Below, piece after piece: positions 9,994 to 18,439 of a DNA stretch of 64,000 nt. The position numbers and the translations under genes are program-made. Each line of letters opens with the position of its first letter. Within the stretch, counting starts at the first letter, position 1. The DNA lies in contig CAVUPH010000010.1 in assembly GCA_963743305.1 (NCBI GenBank), positions 1-64,000 of the forward strand, read 5' to 3'. The notes under the pieces were generated by a model, which was not told where the DNA came from, ran no database searches, and saw only the letters and a program-made list of their open reading frames with translations. This DNA comes from an uncultured delta proteobacterium. Its GTDB lineage: Bacteria > Desulfobacterota > RBG-13-43-22.

Positions 9994-10422
9994 ATGATGA
10001 AGCCTATTTCCGTTTCCATCAAAGAGGGGCGTTTTAAATTGGAGGCCTTGGTAAAGGCCGTGGGGCGGGATTTATTGGTCGCCGTCTGGGGCGGGACCCA
10101 CCCCCATATCGGGGCCGTAGCCCTGGCGCTGCCCCGTCCCAGTTTGCGGGATAAGAAGAAGACCAGCGCCACTTCTTCGGTGCTGACCCTGTTGGGACAT
10201 AAGGAGGATGTAACCGCCAGGACGATATCGGAAGTATTGGCCTCGGCCCTTAAAAAAAATGTGGTAGTCACCGCCGGTATCCATTGGGATAATTTGAACC
10301 CGGAAGAGATCCAGACCATCGTGAATATGACGGAGCGGTTGACCCGGAAGATCATAGAAAAGGTTGGATCCCCCTCACCCCAGCCCTCTCCCCCGAAGTG
10401 GGGGCGAGGGAGTAACAAATGA
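9994..10422 (+). CDS. LpdD-like prenylated-flavin chaperone (PAC4-like fold)
   Basis: GRDLLVAVWGGTHPHIGAVALA, LGHKED, VVVTAGIH motifs; adjacent to ubiX; C-terminal tail derives from a repeat. Confidence 0.65.
   Translation: MMKPISVSIKEGRFKLEALVKAVGRDLLVAVWGGTHPHIGAVALALPRPSLRDKKKTSATSSVLTLLGHKEDVTARTISEVLASALKKNVVVTAGIHWDNLNPEEIQTIVNMTERLTRKIIEKVGSPSPQPSPPKWGRGSNK
10370..10412. repeat. CCCTCACCC...CCCTCTCCC-type palindromic repeat inside the 3' end of the lpdD-like ORF
   Basis: ccccctcaccccagccctctcccccgaagtgggggcgagggag; a related inverted copy lies near 57826-57862. Confidence 0.55.
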
Positions 10423-10446
10423 AATACAGATAAGGATTAGTAATCG

Positions 10447-11055
10447 ATGCCCGACCAGGGACTTATCATCGGCATCTCCGGGGCCTCGGGGGCCATTTAC
10501 GGCATCCGGCTGCTGGAGATCCTCCAGCAAATAAACATCGCCACCCACTTGATCCTCAGTCGGGCGGCCGAACGCACGATTGAACTGGAGACGGATTATA
10601 CCGTGGAGCAGGTAAAAAAAATGGCCACGGTCTGCTACGATCTCGACGATATCGCCGCTCCGGTTTCCAGCGGGTCTTTTAAAGGGATGAGGGGTATGGT
10701 TATCCTGCCCTGTTCCATTAAAACCCTTTCGGCCCTGGCCAACTCCTTCAACGTCAACATCTTGATTCGAGCGGCGGATGTGACCTTGAAAGAACGGCGC
10801 AAGCTGGTGGTGGCGGTGCGGGAGACCCCGCTGCACCGGGGACACTTGGAATTAATGCTGCGGTTGACCGATATGGGGGCGATCCTCTTCCCGCCCGTAC
10901 CGGCTTTTTACCATCGACCCAAAGACCTGGAAGATATCATCCGGCACAGCATCGGAAAAATTTTGGATCTCTTCGATATCGAAGTTCCGGATTTTAAACG
11001 CTGGGCGGGTGTGATGGACTCGCCAGAGGTCCGTCAGCAGCCCGAGCGCGATTAA
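10447..11055 (+). CDS. ubiX: Flavin prenyltransferase UbiX
   Basis: GISGASGAIYG, SSGSF, PCSIKTL, RAADVTLKERR, RETPL, PAFY. Confidence 0.95.
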   Translation: MPDQGLIIGISGASGAIYGIRLLEILQQINIATHLILSRAAERTIELETDYTVEQVKKMATVCYDLDDIAAPVSSGSFKGMRGMVILPCSIKTLSALANSFNVNILIRAADVTLKERRKLVVAVRETPLHRGHLELMLRLTDMGAILFPPVPAFYHRPKDLEDIIRHSIGKILDLFDIEVPDFKRWAGVMDSPEVRQQPERD

Positions 11056-11110
11056 GCGCCGAGCAGAAAGTCGCTTTTTGACTTTTTGCGAGGTCATGAG
11101 AAAGGATACC

Positions 11111-12385
11111 ATGAAAAAAGCAAAGGCCAAGCCCACCGTAGCCATTCTGGCCACCCTGGATACTAAAGGATCCGAGGTCGCTTTCCTGAGAGAACAGCTG
11201 AGGGAGGCCGAGGTGAATGTCCTGGTAATTGACGGGGGAATCTTGAGTGGCGCAACCAGCCCGGCGGATATTCCGGCCAGCGCCCTGGCCCGCAAGGCCG
11301 GGAGTTCCCTGGCCGCCCTGCGCCGACTGGGGCATGAAGGCAAGGCCATGGGGACCATGGTGCAGGGGGCCATCAAGGTGGTCCGGGACCTCTACGATCA
11401 GGAAGAAATCGACGGTATCATCGGCCTGGGGGGATCCATGGGGACCACCCTCGGCACCAGCGCCATGCGGGCCTTGCCTTTCGGGTTTCCCAAACTCATG
11501 GTTTCCACCATGGCTTCCCGGGATACCCGGCCGTTCGTGGGGAGTAAAGATATCCTTATGTACCATTCGGTGGTGGATTTAGTGGGGCTCAACCGCATGA
11601 CCCGGCAGGTTTTGTCTCAGGCGGCCGGGGCAATGGCCGGGATGGTCCGGTTTACCCGTCGGAGCAAGAAACATTTTGAGACGCCGCTGATCGCCGTAAG
11701 CACCCTGGGGACTACCGAAGCTTGTATCCGTCATTTCAGAACGGACCTGGAAAAGTCGGGCTGGGAATTGGCGGTATTTCACACCGTCGGCTCCGGGGGC
11801 CAGGCTCTGGAGGAGTTGGTGGTGGAGGGGGAACCGCAAGCCGTCATCGAGGTCTCGCTGCATGAATTGGTGGACCATCTATTCAAAGGGTCCTATGACG
11901 CCGGGGCCCACCGTCTGGAAGCGGCTTTAACCAAAGGGCTGCCGACGATCCTCATCCCGGGCAACATCGATTTTATCGTCACCGGACCGCCGGAAACCCT
12001 TCCGCCTCGCTATAAAAACCGTCCGATCCATGTGCATAATGCAGCCATTTGTGTGGTTCGGACCAACGCCCAGGAGATGAAACGATTGGCCGGGGTGGTG
12101 GCGGAAAAATTAAAGTTGGCCGCCGGCCCCACGGCGCTCCTGCTGCCCTCCGGAGGATATTCGGTCTTTGACAGCCCGGGTAAATCCTTTTTCGATCTGA
12201 CCGTCGACCGGGTGTTTATCGAGGCGATTAAACGAAGCGCCCCCCCGGGGATCAGAGTGAAGGAAATCCCGGCCCACATCAATGATCCCCGATTTGCCGA
12301 AGAAGTGGTGCGGACTTTTTGGGAAATTACCGAGAGTCCCTTTTTGAAATCCAGGGATAGGAAAAGAGAAAAGCTTGTCGGGTGA
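11111..12385 (+). CDS. UPF0261 / Tm-1-like ATP-binding domain protein, copy 2
   Basis: ATLDTKGSE, GLGGSMGT, MRALPFGFPKLMVST, FHTVGSGG, HINDPRFA. Confidence 0.9.
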   Translation: MKKAKAKPTVAILATLDTKGSEVAFLREQLREAEVNVLVIDGGILSGATSPADIPASALARKAGSSLAALRRLGHEGKAMGTMVQGAIKVVRDLYDQEEIDGIIGLGGSMGTTLGTSAMRALPFGFPKLMVSTMASRDTRPFVGSKDILMYHSVVDLVGLNRMTRQVLSQAAGAMAGMVRFTRRSKKHFETPLIAVSTLGTTEACIRHFRTDLEKSGWELAVFHTVGSGGQALEELVVEGEPQAVIEVSLHELVDHLFKGSYDAGAHRLEAALTKGLPTILIPGNIDFIVTGPPETLPPRYKNRPIHVHNAAICVVRTNAQEMKRLAGVVAEKLKLAAGPTALLLPSGGYSVFDSPGKSFFDLTVDRVFIEAIKRSAPPGIRVKEIPAHINDPRFAEEVVRTFWEITESPFLKSRDRKREKLVG

Positions 12386-12995
12386 AAATTCAGCGGGTTC
12401 CTTAACACCCTGGGAAATTCAGCTTAAGGAGAAGGCGCGGCCTTACTTGCTCCAGGGGCGGCCCGATGACTGGGATCATACCCTTAGGGCCGTCGAATAC
12501 GGCAAGGCCTTGTTGAAGGAGGAAAAGGGGGATCCGGAGGTCGTCCTGACCGCCCTGGTGCTCCACGACATCGGCTGGAGCCAGGTTTCCTTTGATGATT
12601 TCGTGCAGGCCCCGCCGGAGAAAAAAAAGGAGACCCGCAGTCTAAAGGAACATATGATTCAAGGCGCTGTCCTGGCCCGTGAAATTTTGGATCCCCTTGA
12701 TTTTCCGGAAGACAAAAAAGGATTAGTTTTAAAGATCATCGCCGTTCATGATCTGCCGGACGCCATCCAGGATCTGCCGGAACCGGAGGCCATCCTGGTC
12801 ATGGAGGCGGATCGTCTGGACCGCTTCGGTGAAGAAAGCCTGCAGCGCTACCGAAAGATGTTCGGCGAGAATTATTTACAGGAGGGCCGCCGGTTTCTCC
12901 TGGAAGGATCCAAGACCTGGTTTCGGACCCCCACGGCCAGGCGTTTGGTCCGGGAGTCATTGGCTAGAACGGGTTCGGCGGATCAAGAGGGATAG
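12375..12995 (+). CDS. HD-domain metal-dependent phosphohydrolase
   Basis: H(DWDHT)...LHDIG...H...HD...EADRLD; overlaps the upstream stop. Confidence 0.85.
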   Translation: MSGENSAGSLTPWEIQLKEKARPYLLQGRPDDWDHTLRAVEYGKALLKEEKGDPEVVLTALVLHDIGWSQVSFDDFVQAPPEKKKETRSLKEHMIQGAVLAREILDPLDFPEDKKGLVLKIIAVHDLPDAIQDLPEPEAILVMEADRLDRFGEESLQRYRKMFGENYLQEGRRFLLEGSKTWFRTPTARRLVRESLARTGSADQEG

Positions 12996-13060
12996 CCGCT
13001 GACACACGCGGACGACTACAGGCTATTTGTCTGTGGCAAAAATCTTTTTCGGGTTGGGCC

Positions 13061-13261
13061 ATGCGGATCATTTTGAACGGATTCCAGGAGGAACTGCCGG
13101 AAAACAGCACGGTCTCCTCGGTCATCAGCGGCAACCAGGAATTTGAGGTCCACATGATTGTGGAGTTGAACCACCGGTTTATCCATCAGAAAGATTATGA
13201 AGCGACCCCGTTGAAAGAAGGGGATGTGCTGGAGTTGATCCATCCGGCCTTTGGGGGATGA
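13061..13261 (+). CDS. ThiS/MoaD family sulfur carrier
   Basis: 66 aa, ubiquitin-like, ends in AFGG. Confidence 0.88.
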   Translation: MRIILNGFQEELPENSTVSSVISGNQEFEVHMIVELNHRFIHQKDYEATPLKEGDVLELIHPAFGG

Positions 13262-13300
13262 ATTTGACATCCGAAACAAGGACCTTTCGGGTGTCAAATT
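13261..13300 (+). terminator. Intrinsic terminator-like hairpin after the thiS/moaD-like gene
   Basis: AATTTGACATCCGAAA-N8-TTTCGGGTGTCAAATT followed by A/T-rich sequence. Confidence 0.6.
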
Positions 13301-13321
13301 TATAAATAATTAGGTTGTTCG

Positions 13322-13621
13322 CCTTTTTGGGTGGGTGGCCACACTATCTGGTAGCTTAGACTGAATTCGGGCCTCCGTGGCCGCCGGGTCTCGGCGAAAG
13401 GGTTTTCCACCTTGCTTTTTAGGTTCTAACCCGGCCCTTAGGTTTTCAATTCTTCCAGGAGGCAGGGCCGGCCCGGGAGACGCCAAGAAACACGGGGCTT
13501 GGGCCTGCTTTAAATAAAATTAAACACTTAGGCCCGGATTCAAAGTCCGGAGTACCTTTGGAAAACCCTTTCGCCGAGACCCGGCGGCCATACCAGATCT
13601 GGGGGGTACCCACCCAAAAGG
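13322..13621. repeat. ~300-nt long inverted-repeat element with perfect 32-bp arms
   Basis: 13378-13409 is the exact reverse complement of 13559-13590; outer arms ATCTGGTA/TACCAGAT and TTTTGGGTGGGT/ACCCACCCAAAA. Confidence 0.9.
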
Positions 13622-13641
13622 AAGAAGCGTCAATAATTATA

Positions 13642-13995
13642 ATGATGACCATCGACTTCAACGACATTCTCCGGGCCACCCTGGACGATCAGTGCGGCAA
13701 TGAGGGGTATATCGGAATTTCTCCGGACGGGTCGCGGTATCATGTGGTCGTGCCGGTAGACCTGCAGATTGCCCGGGGGATAAAAGCCGGCAATCGTCCT
13801 CTTGACGGGACGCCCTTTGGGGGGTATAAAGATTGGCATTATTTCGGTTGCTTGGTTTTTCCTCTGGCGGAGCGGCTTGACCCCGGAGAAATCCAGGCCC
13901 TGCGGATCGCCCAGGCCAAAGCCAATGCCCTGCTTTTGAAAGCCTGGGCCGCCGAAATACCTATTGAGTTGGAATTAAGCCATTGGCCCGATTGA
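13642..13995 (+). CDS. Hypothetical protein (~117 aa)
   Basis: Clean ORF with protein-like composition (EGYIGISPDGSRYHVVVP, PFGGYKDWHYF); family not recognised. Confidence 0.6.
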   Translation: MMTIDFNDILRATLDDQCGNEGYIGISPDGSRYHVVVPVDLQIARGIKAGNRPLDGTPFGGYKDWHYFGCLVFPLAERLDPGEIQALRIAQAKANALLLKAWAAEIPIELELSHWPD

Positions 13996-14007
13996 TCGCG
14001 TTGACCG

Positions 14008-14090
14008 GTCACCCTGAGTCCCGCCGCGGGATAGACTCCGCTAAGGGTCTCGGTCTTTGGCTCAGGATAAACTCCGTGAAGGATTTTGAA
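14008..14090. repeat. Degenerate REP-like element (GTCACCCTGAG...CTCAGGATAAACTCC type)
   Basis: CCTGAG/CTCAGG inverted arms upstream of the hcrB-like gene. Confidence 0.4.
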
Positions 14091-14119
14091 ACTCGTCACT
14101 AACCTAATAGGAGGATAAG

Positions 14120-15010
14120 ATGTTACTGCCCAAATTTGACTACCAGGCCCCCAAAAGCCTGCGGGAGGCCTGCGCCATCATGGAGGAATTCGGGGCCAAG
14201 GCCAAGCTGCTGGCCGGCGGGACCGATCTCCTGGTCAACCTGAAGAAAAAAGTCCTGGCCCCCCAGCAGGTGGTAAGCCTGAATAAGATCAAAGGCCTCA
14301 ACGAGATTATTCCCAAGAAAGGGAAGGGGATCTCCCTCGGTCCATTGGTTACCGCGAGCGTATTGGCGGAATCGGAACTGGTTCAGGAACATTTGACCGT
14401 TCTGGCCCAGGGGGCCGGACGGTTGGGATCTCCCCTGATTCGCAATCGGGCCACCCTGGGCGGGAATATCGTTACCGCCCGGCCGGCCTCGGACCTGGCC
14501 CCGCCGTTAATGGTTTTAGGCGCGCAATTGATTTTAAAGAATAAGGACGGGGAGCGGGAATTGGAAGTGGAGAAGTTCTTCAAAGGTCCGGGGAAGACCT
14601 CCATCAAACCCAAAGAAATTCTATCCCAAATCTATATCCCCTCCTGCGAAGGTCCCTGTGGCAGCGCCTACCTGAAGCTGGGTTCCCGCAAGGCCCTGGA
14701 GATCTCCCTGGTCAATGTGGCCGCTTTTCTGGAATTGGGTCCGGAGGGATCCATCCGGCAGGCGCGAATTGCTTTGGGGGCCGTGGGGCCCACCCCGCTC
14801 CGGGCCAAATCGGCGGAAAAGATCCTGAAAGGCGAAAAGCCACAAGGAGCAGGGGAGGCCTTGTTCCTGGAAGCGGCCCAGGCGGCCGCCCGGGATGGTA
14901 AGCCCATTGACGACCATCGCGGATCGGCCGAGTACCGCCGGGCCCTGATCGAGATTTTAACCGTCCGGACCCTGATGTCCGCCTATCAACAGCTTATGAA
15001 AACGGTTTAG
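14120..15010 (+). CDS. hcrB: XDH-family FAD subunit, 4-hydroxybenzoyl-CoA reductase beta-like
   Basis: AGGTDL, IRNRATLGGN, DDHRGSAEYR; no Cys-rich [4Fe-4S] insert. Confidence 0.75.
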   Translation: MLLPKFDYQAPKSLREACAIMEEFGAKAKLLAGGTDLLVNLKKKVLAPQQVVSLNKIKGLNEIIPKKGKGISLGPLVTASVLAESELVQEHLTVLAQGAGRLGSPLIRNRATLGGNIVTARPASDLAPPLMVLGAQLILKNKDGERELEVEKFFKGPGKTSIKPKEILSQIYIPSCEGPCGSAYLKLGSRKALEISLVNVAAFLELGPEGSIRQARIALGAVGPTPLRAKSAEKILKGEKPQGAGEALFLEAAQAAARDGKPIDDHRGSAEYRRALIEILTVRTLMSAYQQLMKTV

Positions 15011-15020
15011 GAGAGCGCAG

Positions 15021-15488
15021 ATGAAGAAGATGACCATTAATTTGCAAGTGAACGGCCAGGAATACGATCTGGTCATCCCGGTGAATAAGACCCTGACCCA
15101 GGTGCTGCGGGAAGATTTGCGCCTTACCGGGACCAAGCAAGGGTGCGCCGTAGGGGATTGCGGCTCCTGTACGGTTTTGCTGAACGGAAAGCCGGTCAAC
15201 TCCTGTCTGGTCCTGGCGGTCGAAGCCGACGGACAGGAAATCACGACCATTGAAGGGTTGGCCGATGGAGAAAAACTGCATCCCCTGCAGCAGGCCTTTG
15301 TGGATCTCGGTGCCATCCAATGCGGATTCTGCAGTCCGGGTATGATCCTGACCAGCAAGGCCCTGCTGGATAAAAATCCCGCGCCTACGGAAAGAGAGAT
15401 CCGGGAAGCCATCAGCGGCAATCTCTGCCGCTGCACCGGATACCAGAAGATCGTGGAGGCCATCGCCTCCGTTAAGGCGGACGGCTGA
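15021..15488 (+). CDS. hcrC: XDH-family 2x[2Fe-2S] subunit, HcrC-like
   Basis: GCAVGDCGSCTV, QCGFCSPG, NLCRCTGY. Confidence 0.8.
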   Translation: MKKMTINLQVNGQEYDLVIPVNKTLTQVLREDLRLTGTKQGCAVGDCGSCTVLLNGKPVNSCLVLAVEADGQEITTIEGLADGEKLHPLQQAFVDLGAIQCGFCSPGMILTSKALLDKNPAPTEREIREAISGNLCRCTGYQKIVEAIASVKADG

Positions 15489-15538
15489 AGACCGTCCCGC
15501 ATTCCAGCCCAGATCCATTTATAAGGAAGGAATTATCT

Positions 15539-17884
15539 ATGAGCCAATACAGCGTGATCAACAGCCGGGCGCCGCGATTGGATGCCCCGGCCAAATCCAC
15601 CGGCCAGGCGATTTACGCCGATGACTTGACCTTTCCCAACCAGCTCTACGGGGCTATCCTGCAAAGCCCGCTGGCCCATGCCCGTATCTTGAACATCGAC
15701 ACCTCCCGAGCCAAGGCCCTCCCGGGGGTCAAGGCCGTGGTGACGGCTAAAGACCTGGAGATTATTCCCTACGGGGTTTCCCCGGCCCGCTACGACGAGA
15801 CCATTATGGCCGTGGATAAGGTCCGCTACGTGGGGGATGAAGTGGCGGCCGTGGCGGCCATCGACCTGGAAACCGCCCTGGAAGCGCTGGGTTTAATCAA
15901 GGTGGACTATGAGGAACTCCCGGCGGTCTTCGACCCCGTGGCCGCCATGGCCGAAGGCGCGCCCTTGGTGCACGAGCATTTTCCCCGCAACATCTGCGCC
16001 GAAGTGCATCAGGAGTTCGGAGACGTGGAAGCGGCCTTCGCCCAATGCGACTTTATCCACCTGCACAAATTCGTCAACAAAAGGCAGGATGCGGCCTTCC
16101 TGGAACCCAACGCCTGCACGGCCGTCTTCGATGCCCAGGGTTCCTTGACGCTCCACAGTTCCACCCAAGTGCCCCACTATGTCCAGCGGACCGTGGCTAT
16201 GGTGCTGAAACTGCCCATCGGCAAGGTCCGGGTGGTGAAGCCCTATGTGGGGGGCGGTTTCGGGCCCAAGGCGGCGGCTTCCGCCTTGGAGCTGCTGAGC
16301 TGTCTGCTGTCCATGAAGACCCTCAAGCCGGTCAAGATGGGCTTCACCCGGGAACAGGTCTTTCTTCACAGCCGCGGCCGGCACCAGTTTTTTCATACTT
16401 TCAAGACCGGCGTGAAAAAGGACGGAACCCTGATGGCCCTGCACAACGAGTGTTTTCTGGAGGGAGGGGCCTACTCCAGTTTCGGCATCGCCACCGTCTA
16501 TTACGCCGGATCATTGCTGGGCGGCCCTTACAAGCTGCCGAATATGAAATACGACGGATTCCGGCTCTATACCAACAAGCCGGCCTGTGGGGCCCAGCGG
16601 GGCCACGGCGGGGTGGCCGCTCGAGCCGGTTTCGAGCAGCAGTTGGACCTGATCGCCAAGGAATTGGGCCTGGATCCCTTGGAAATGCGTTTGAAAAACA
16701 TCATGGAGACCGGGGACATTACCTGCAACGAATTGGACATGAGCAGCCTGGGCATGAAGGAGTGTATCGAGGCCATCCGCGACAACTCCGACTGGAAATT
16801 AAAAAAGGGGAAGTTGCCTAAGGGCAAGGGTATCGGCATGGCCTGCGGGTTTTTCGTTTCCGGAGCCGGTTACCCCATCTACCGTTCCGACACCTATCAT
16901 GCCACGGTGGTAATCAAACTTGCCGAGGACGGGGGAACGGCCCTGGTACAGACCGGTAGCGCCGAAATCGGACAGGGTTCCGATACGGCCTTTGCCATGA
17001 TCGCCGCCGAGGCCCTGGGGGTGCGGCTCGAGGATGTGCGGATCGTTTCGGGCGACACGGACTATTCGGTGGACCTGGGGGCCTACTCCAGCCGCCAGAC
17101 CTTGATGACCGGCCACGCCACCAAGCAGGCGGCCGAGGACGCCAAGCGCCAGGTGCTGGAAGTGCTCGCCGAGACCTTGAACGTGCCCGTGGAGGAGATT
17201 ATGGTCCGAAACGGTCTGATCGCCTTCAAGAGGCAAACGCCGGATTTCGAAGCCCTGCGGATCGGGTATATCAAGGAGCACCGCGGTTGGGGCGACCCGC
17301 CGCAGGAGACCCAGTTGACCTTCAAGGAAGCGGCCCGCCTGGCCTACCTGAAGAAGGGAACCATCGTGGGTACCGGGAAATACAAGCCCCCTAAGCTGGG
17401 CGGGTCCTTCAAGGGCGCGGCGGTGGGGACCTCCCCGGCCTACGGCTGTTCGGCCATGATGGCCGAGGTGACCGTGGACCTGGAAACCGGCGAGGTAACC
17501 ATGGACAAGGTTACCGACGCCCACGACTGCGGCCTGGCCATCAACCGGACCCAGGTGGAAGGCCAGATGGAAGGCTCGGTTTCCATGGGGCTGGGCGAGT
17601 CCCTGTTCGAAGAAGTGAAGTTCAACGAAAAGGGCCAGATCCTGAACGCCTCCCTGGGAGAATATAAGATCCCCACGGCCCTGGACGTGCCGGCGATCCA
17701 GTCCCTGATCATCGAGAGCGGCGAGCCCAACGGCCCCTACGGCGCCAAGGAAGTCGGCGAGGGGGGCATTATGCCCGTCATCCCGGCCATCCTCAACGCC
17801 ATCTACGACGCCACCGGCGTGCGCATCAACGAACTGCCCATCACCTCCGAACGGATCTGGCGGGCGCTGCAAGAAAAGAAGTAA
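15539..17884 (+). CDS. hcrA: XDH-family molybdopterin subunit, 4-hydroxybenzoyl-CoA reductase alpha-like
   Basis: GGGFG, CGAQRGHG (RGHG as in HcrA rather than RGFG), GAYSSRQT, GAKEVGEG; phenol-pathway context. Confidence 0.8.
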   Translation: MSQYSVINSRAPRLDAPAKSTGQAIYADDLTFPNQLYGAILQSPLAHARILNIDTSRAKALPGVKAVVTAKDLEIIPYGVSPARYDETIMAVDKVRYVGDEVAAVAAIDLETALEALGLIKVDYEELPAVFDPVAAMAEGAPLVHEHFPRNICAEVHQEFGDVEAAFAQCDFIHLHKFVNKRQDAAFLEPNACTAVFDAQGSLTLHSSTQVPHYVQRTVAMVLKLPIGKVRVVKPYVGGGFGPKAAASALELLSCLLSMKTLKPVKMGFTREQVFLHSRGRHQFFHTFKTGVKKDGTLMALHNECFLEGGAYSSFGIATVYYAGSLLGGPYKLPNMKYDGFRLYTNKPACGAQRGHGGVAARAGFEQQLDLIAKELGLDPLEMRLKNIMETGDITCNELDMSSLGMKECIEAIRDNSDWKLKKGKLPKGKGIGMACGFFVSGAGYPIYRSDTYHATVVIKLAEDGGTALVQTGSAEIGQGSDTAFAMIAAEALGVRLEDVRIVSGDTDYSVDLGAYSSRQTLMTGHATKQAAEDAKRQVLEVLAETLNVPVEEIMVRNGLIAFKRQTPDFEALRIGYIKEHRGWGDPPQETQLTFKEAARLAYLKKGTIVGTGKYKPPKLGGSFKGAAVGTSPAYGCSAMMAEVTVDLETGEVTMDKVTDAHDCGLAINRTQVEGQMEGSVSMGLGESLFEEVKFNEKGQILNASLGEYKIPTALDVPAIQSLIIESGEPNGPYGAKEVGEGGIMPVIPAILNAIYDATGVRINELPITSERIWRALQEKK

Positions 17885-17896
17885 TCCTTCCTAATA

Positions 17897-17933
17897 GCCG
17901 GGGCGGGTCGTTGGACCCGCCCCGGCCGTTTCT
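17897..17933 (+). terminator. Rho-independent terminator after the hcr operon
   Basis: GCCGGGGCGGGTC-gttg-GACCCGCCCCGGC 13-bp stem, short T tail. Confidence 0.7.
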
Positions 17934-18102
17934 ACCACCCTCCCCCGAATCTGCCTTTCAAACACTCCAATTTCTAAGCAAAAGAAGAAAATCCTGTTTC
18001 TCGGCCACTTTCCTTACATTGACAACAGGTCTTGGATATGCTATTTCCAGGCTATCTCTTTAATTTCGTTTTTCTTTTTCCGCTTTCTTGAATGAGGTAT
18101 TT

Positions 18103-18402
18103 ATGGATTCATTGGTACCGGTTGAGATCAGCGAAAAGAAAATTTTCTTGATCCGGGGTAAAAAGGTGATGTTGGACGCCGACCTGGCGGAGCTTTACGG
18201 CGTAGAAACCTTCAATCTCAACAAGGCGGTCAAGCGTAATATCGAACGATTTCCAACAGATTTCATGTTTCAGGTGACCAAGGATGAACTGGAATCTTTG
18301 AAATTCCAATTTGGAATTTCAAAAATGAGCGGACATCTCAAGGAAAAGCAATCCGCCTATGGCGGGAAAGGCGTTCGGAAAAATAGCCGGGGTTTACTTT
18401 AA
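18103..18402 (+). pseudogene. ORF6N/KilA-N-like DNA-binding protein, internally truncated
   Basis: [38 protein letters not shown]; the usual PYAFTEQG segment is absent. Confidence 0.7.
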
Positions 18403-18439
18403 CTGTCTGTTATGCTTTAAATTGTTCATCCATGTAGCC

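Noticed and set aside
13322-13621. Retron msr-msd or an autonomous IS
   Set aside because: No reverse transcriptase or transposase is recognisable anywhere in the window
14120-17884. Aerobic CO dehydrogenase or xanthine dehydrogenase
   Set aside because: Lacks AYxCSFR and has RGHG; the context points to aryl-CoA reductive dehydroxylation
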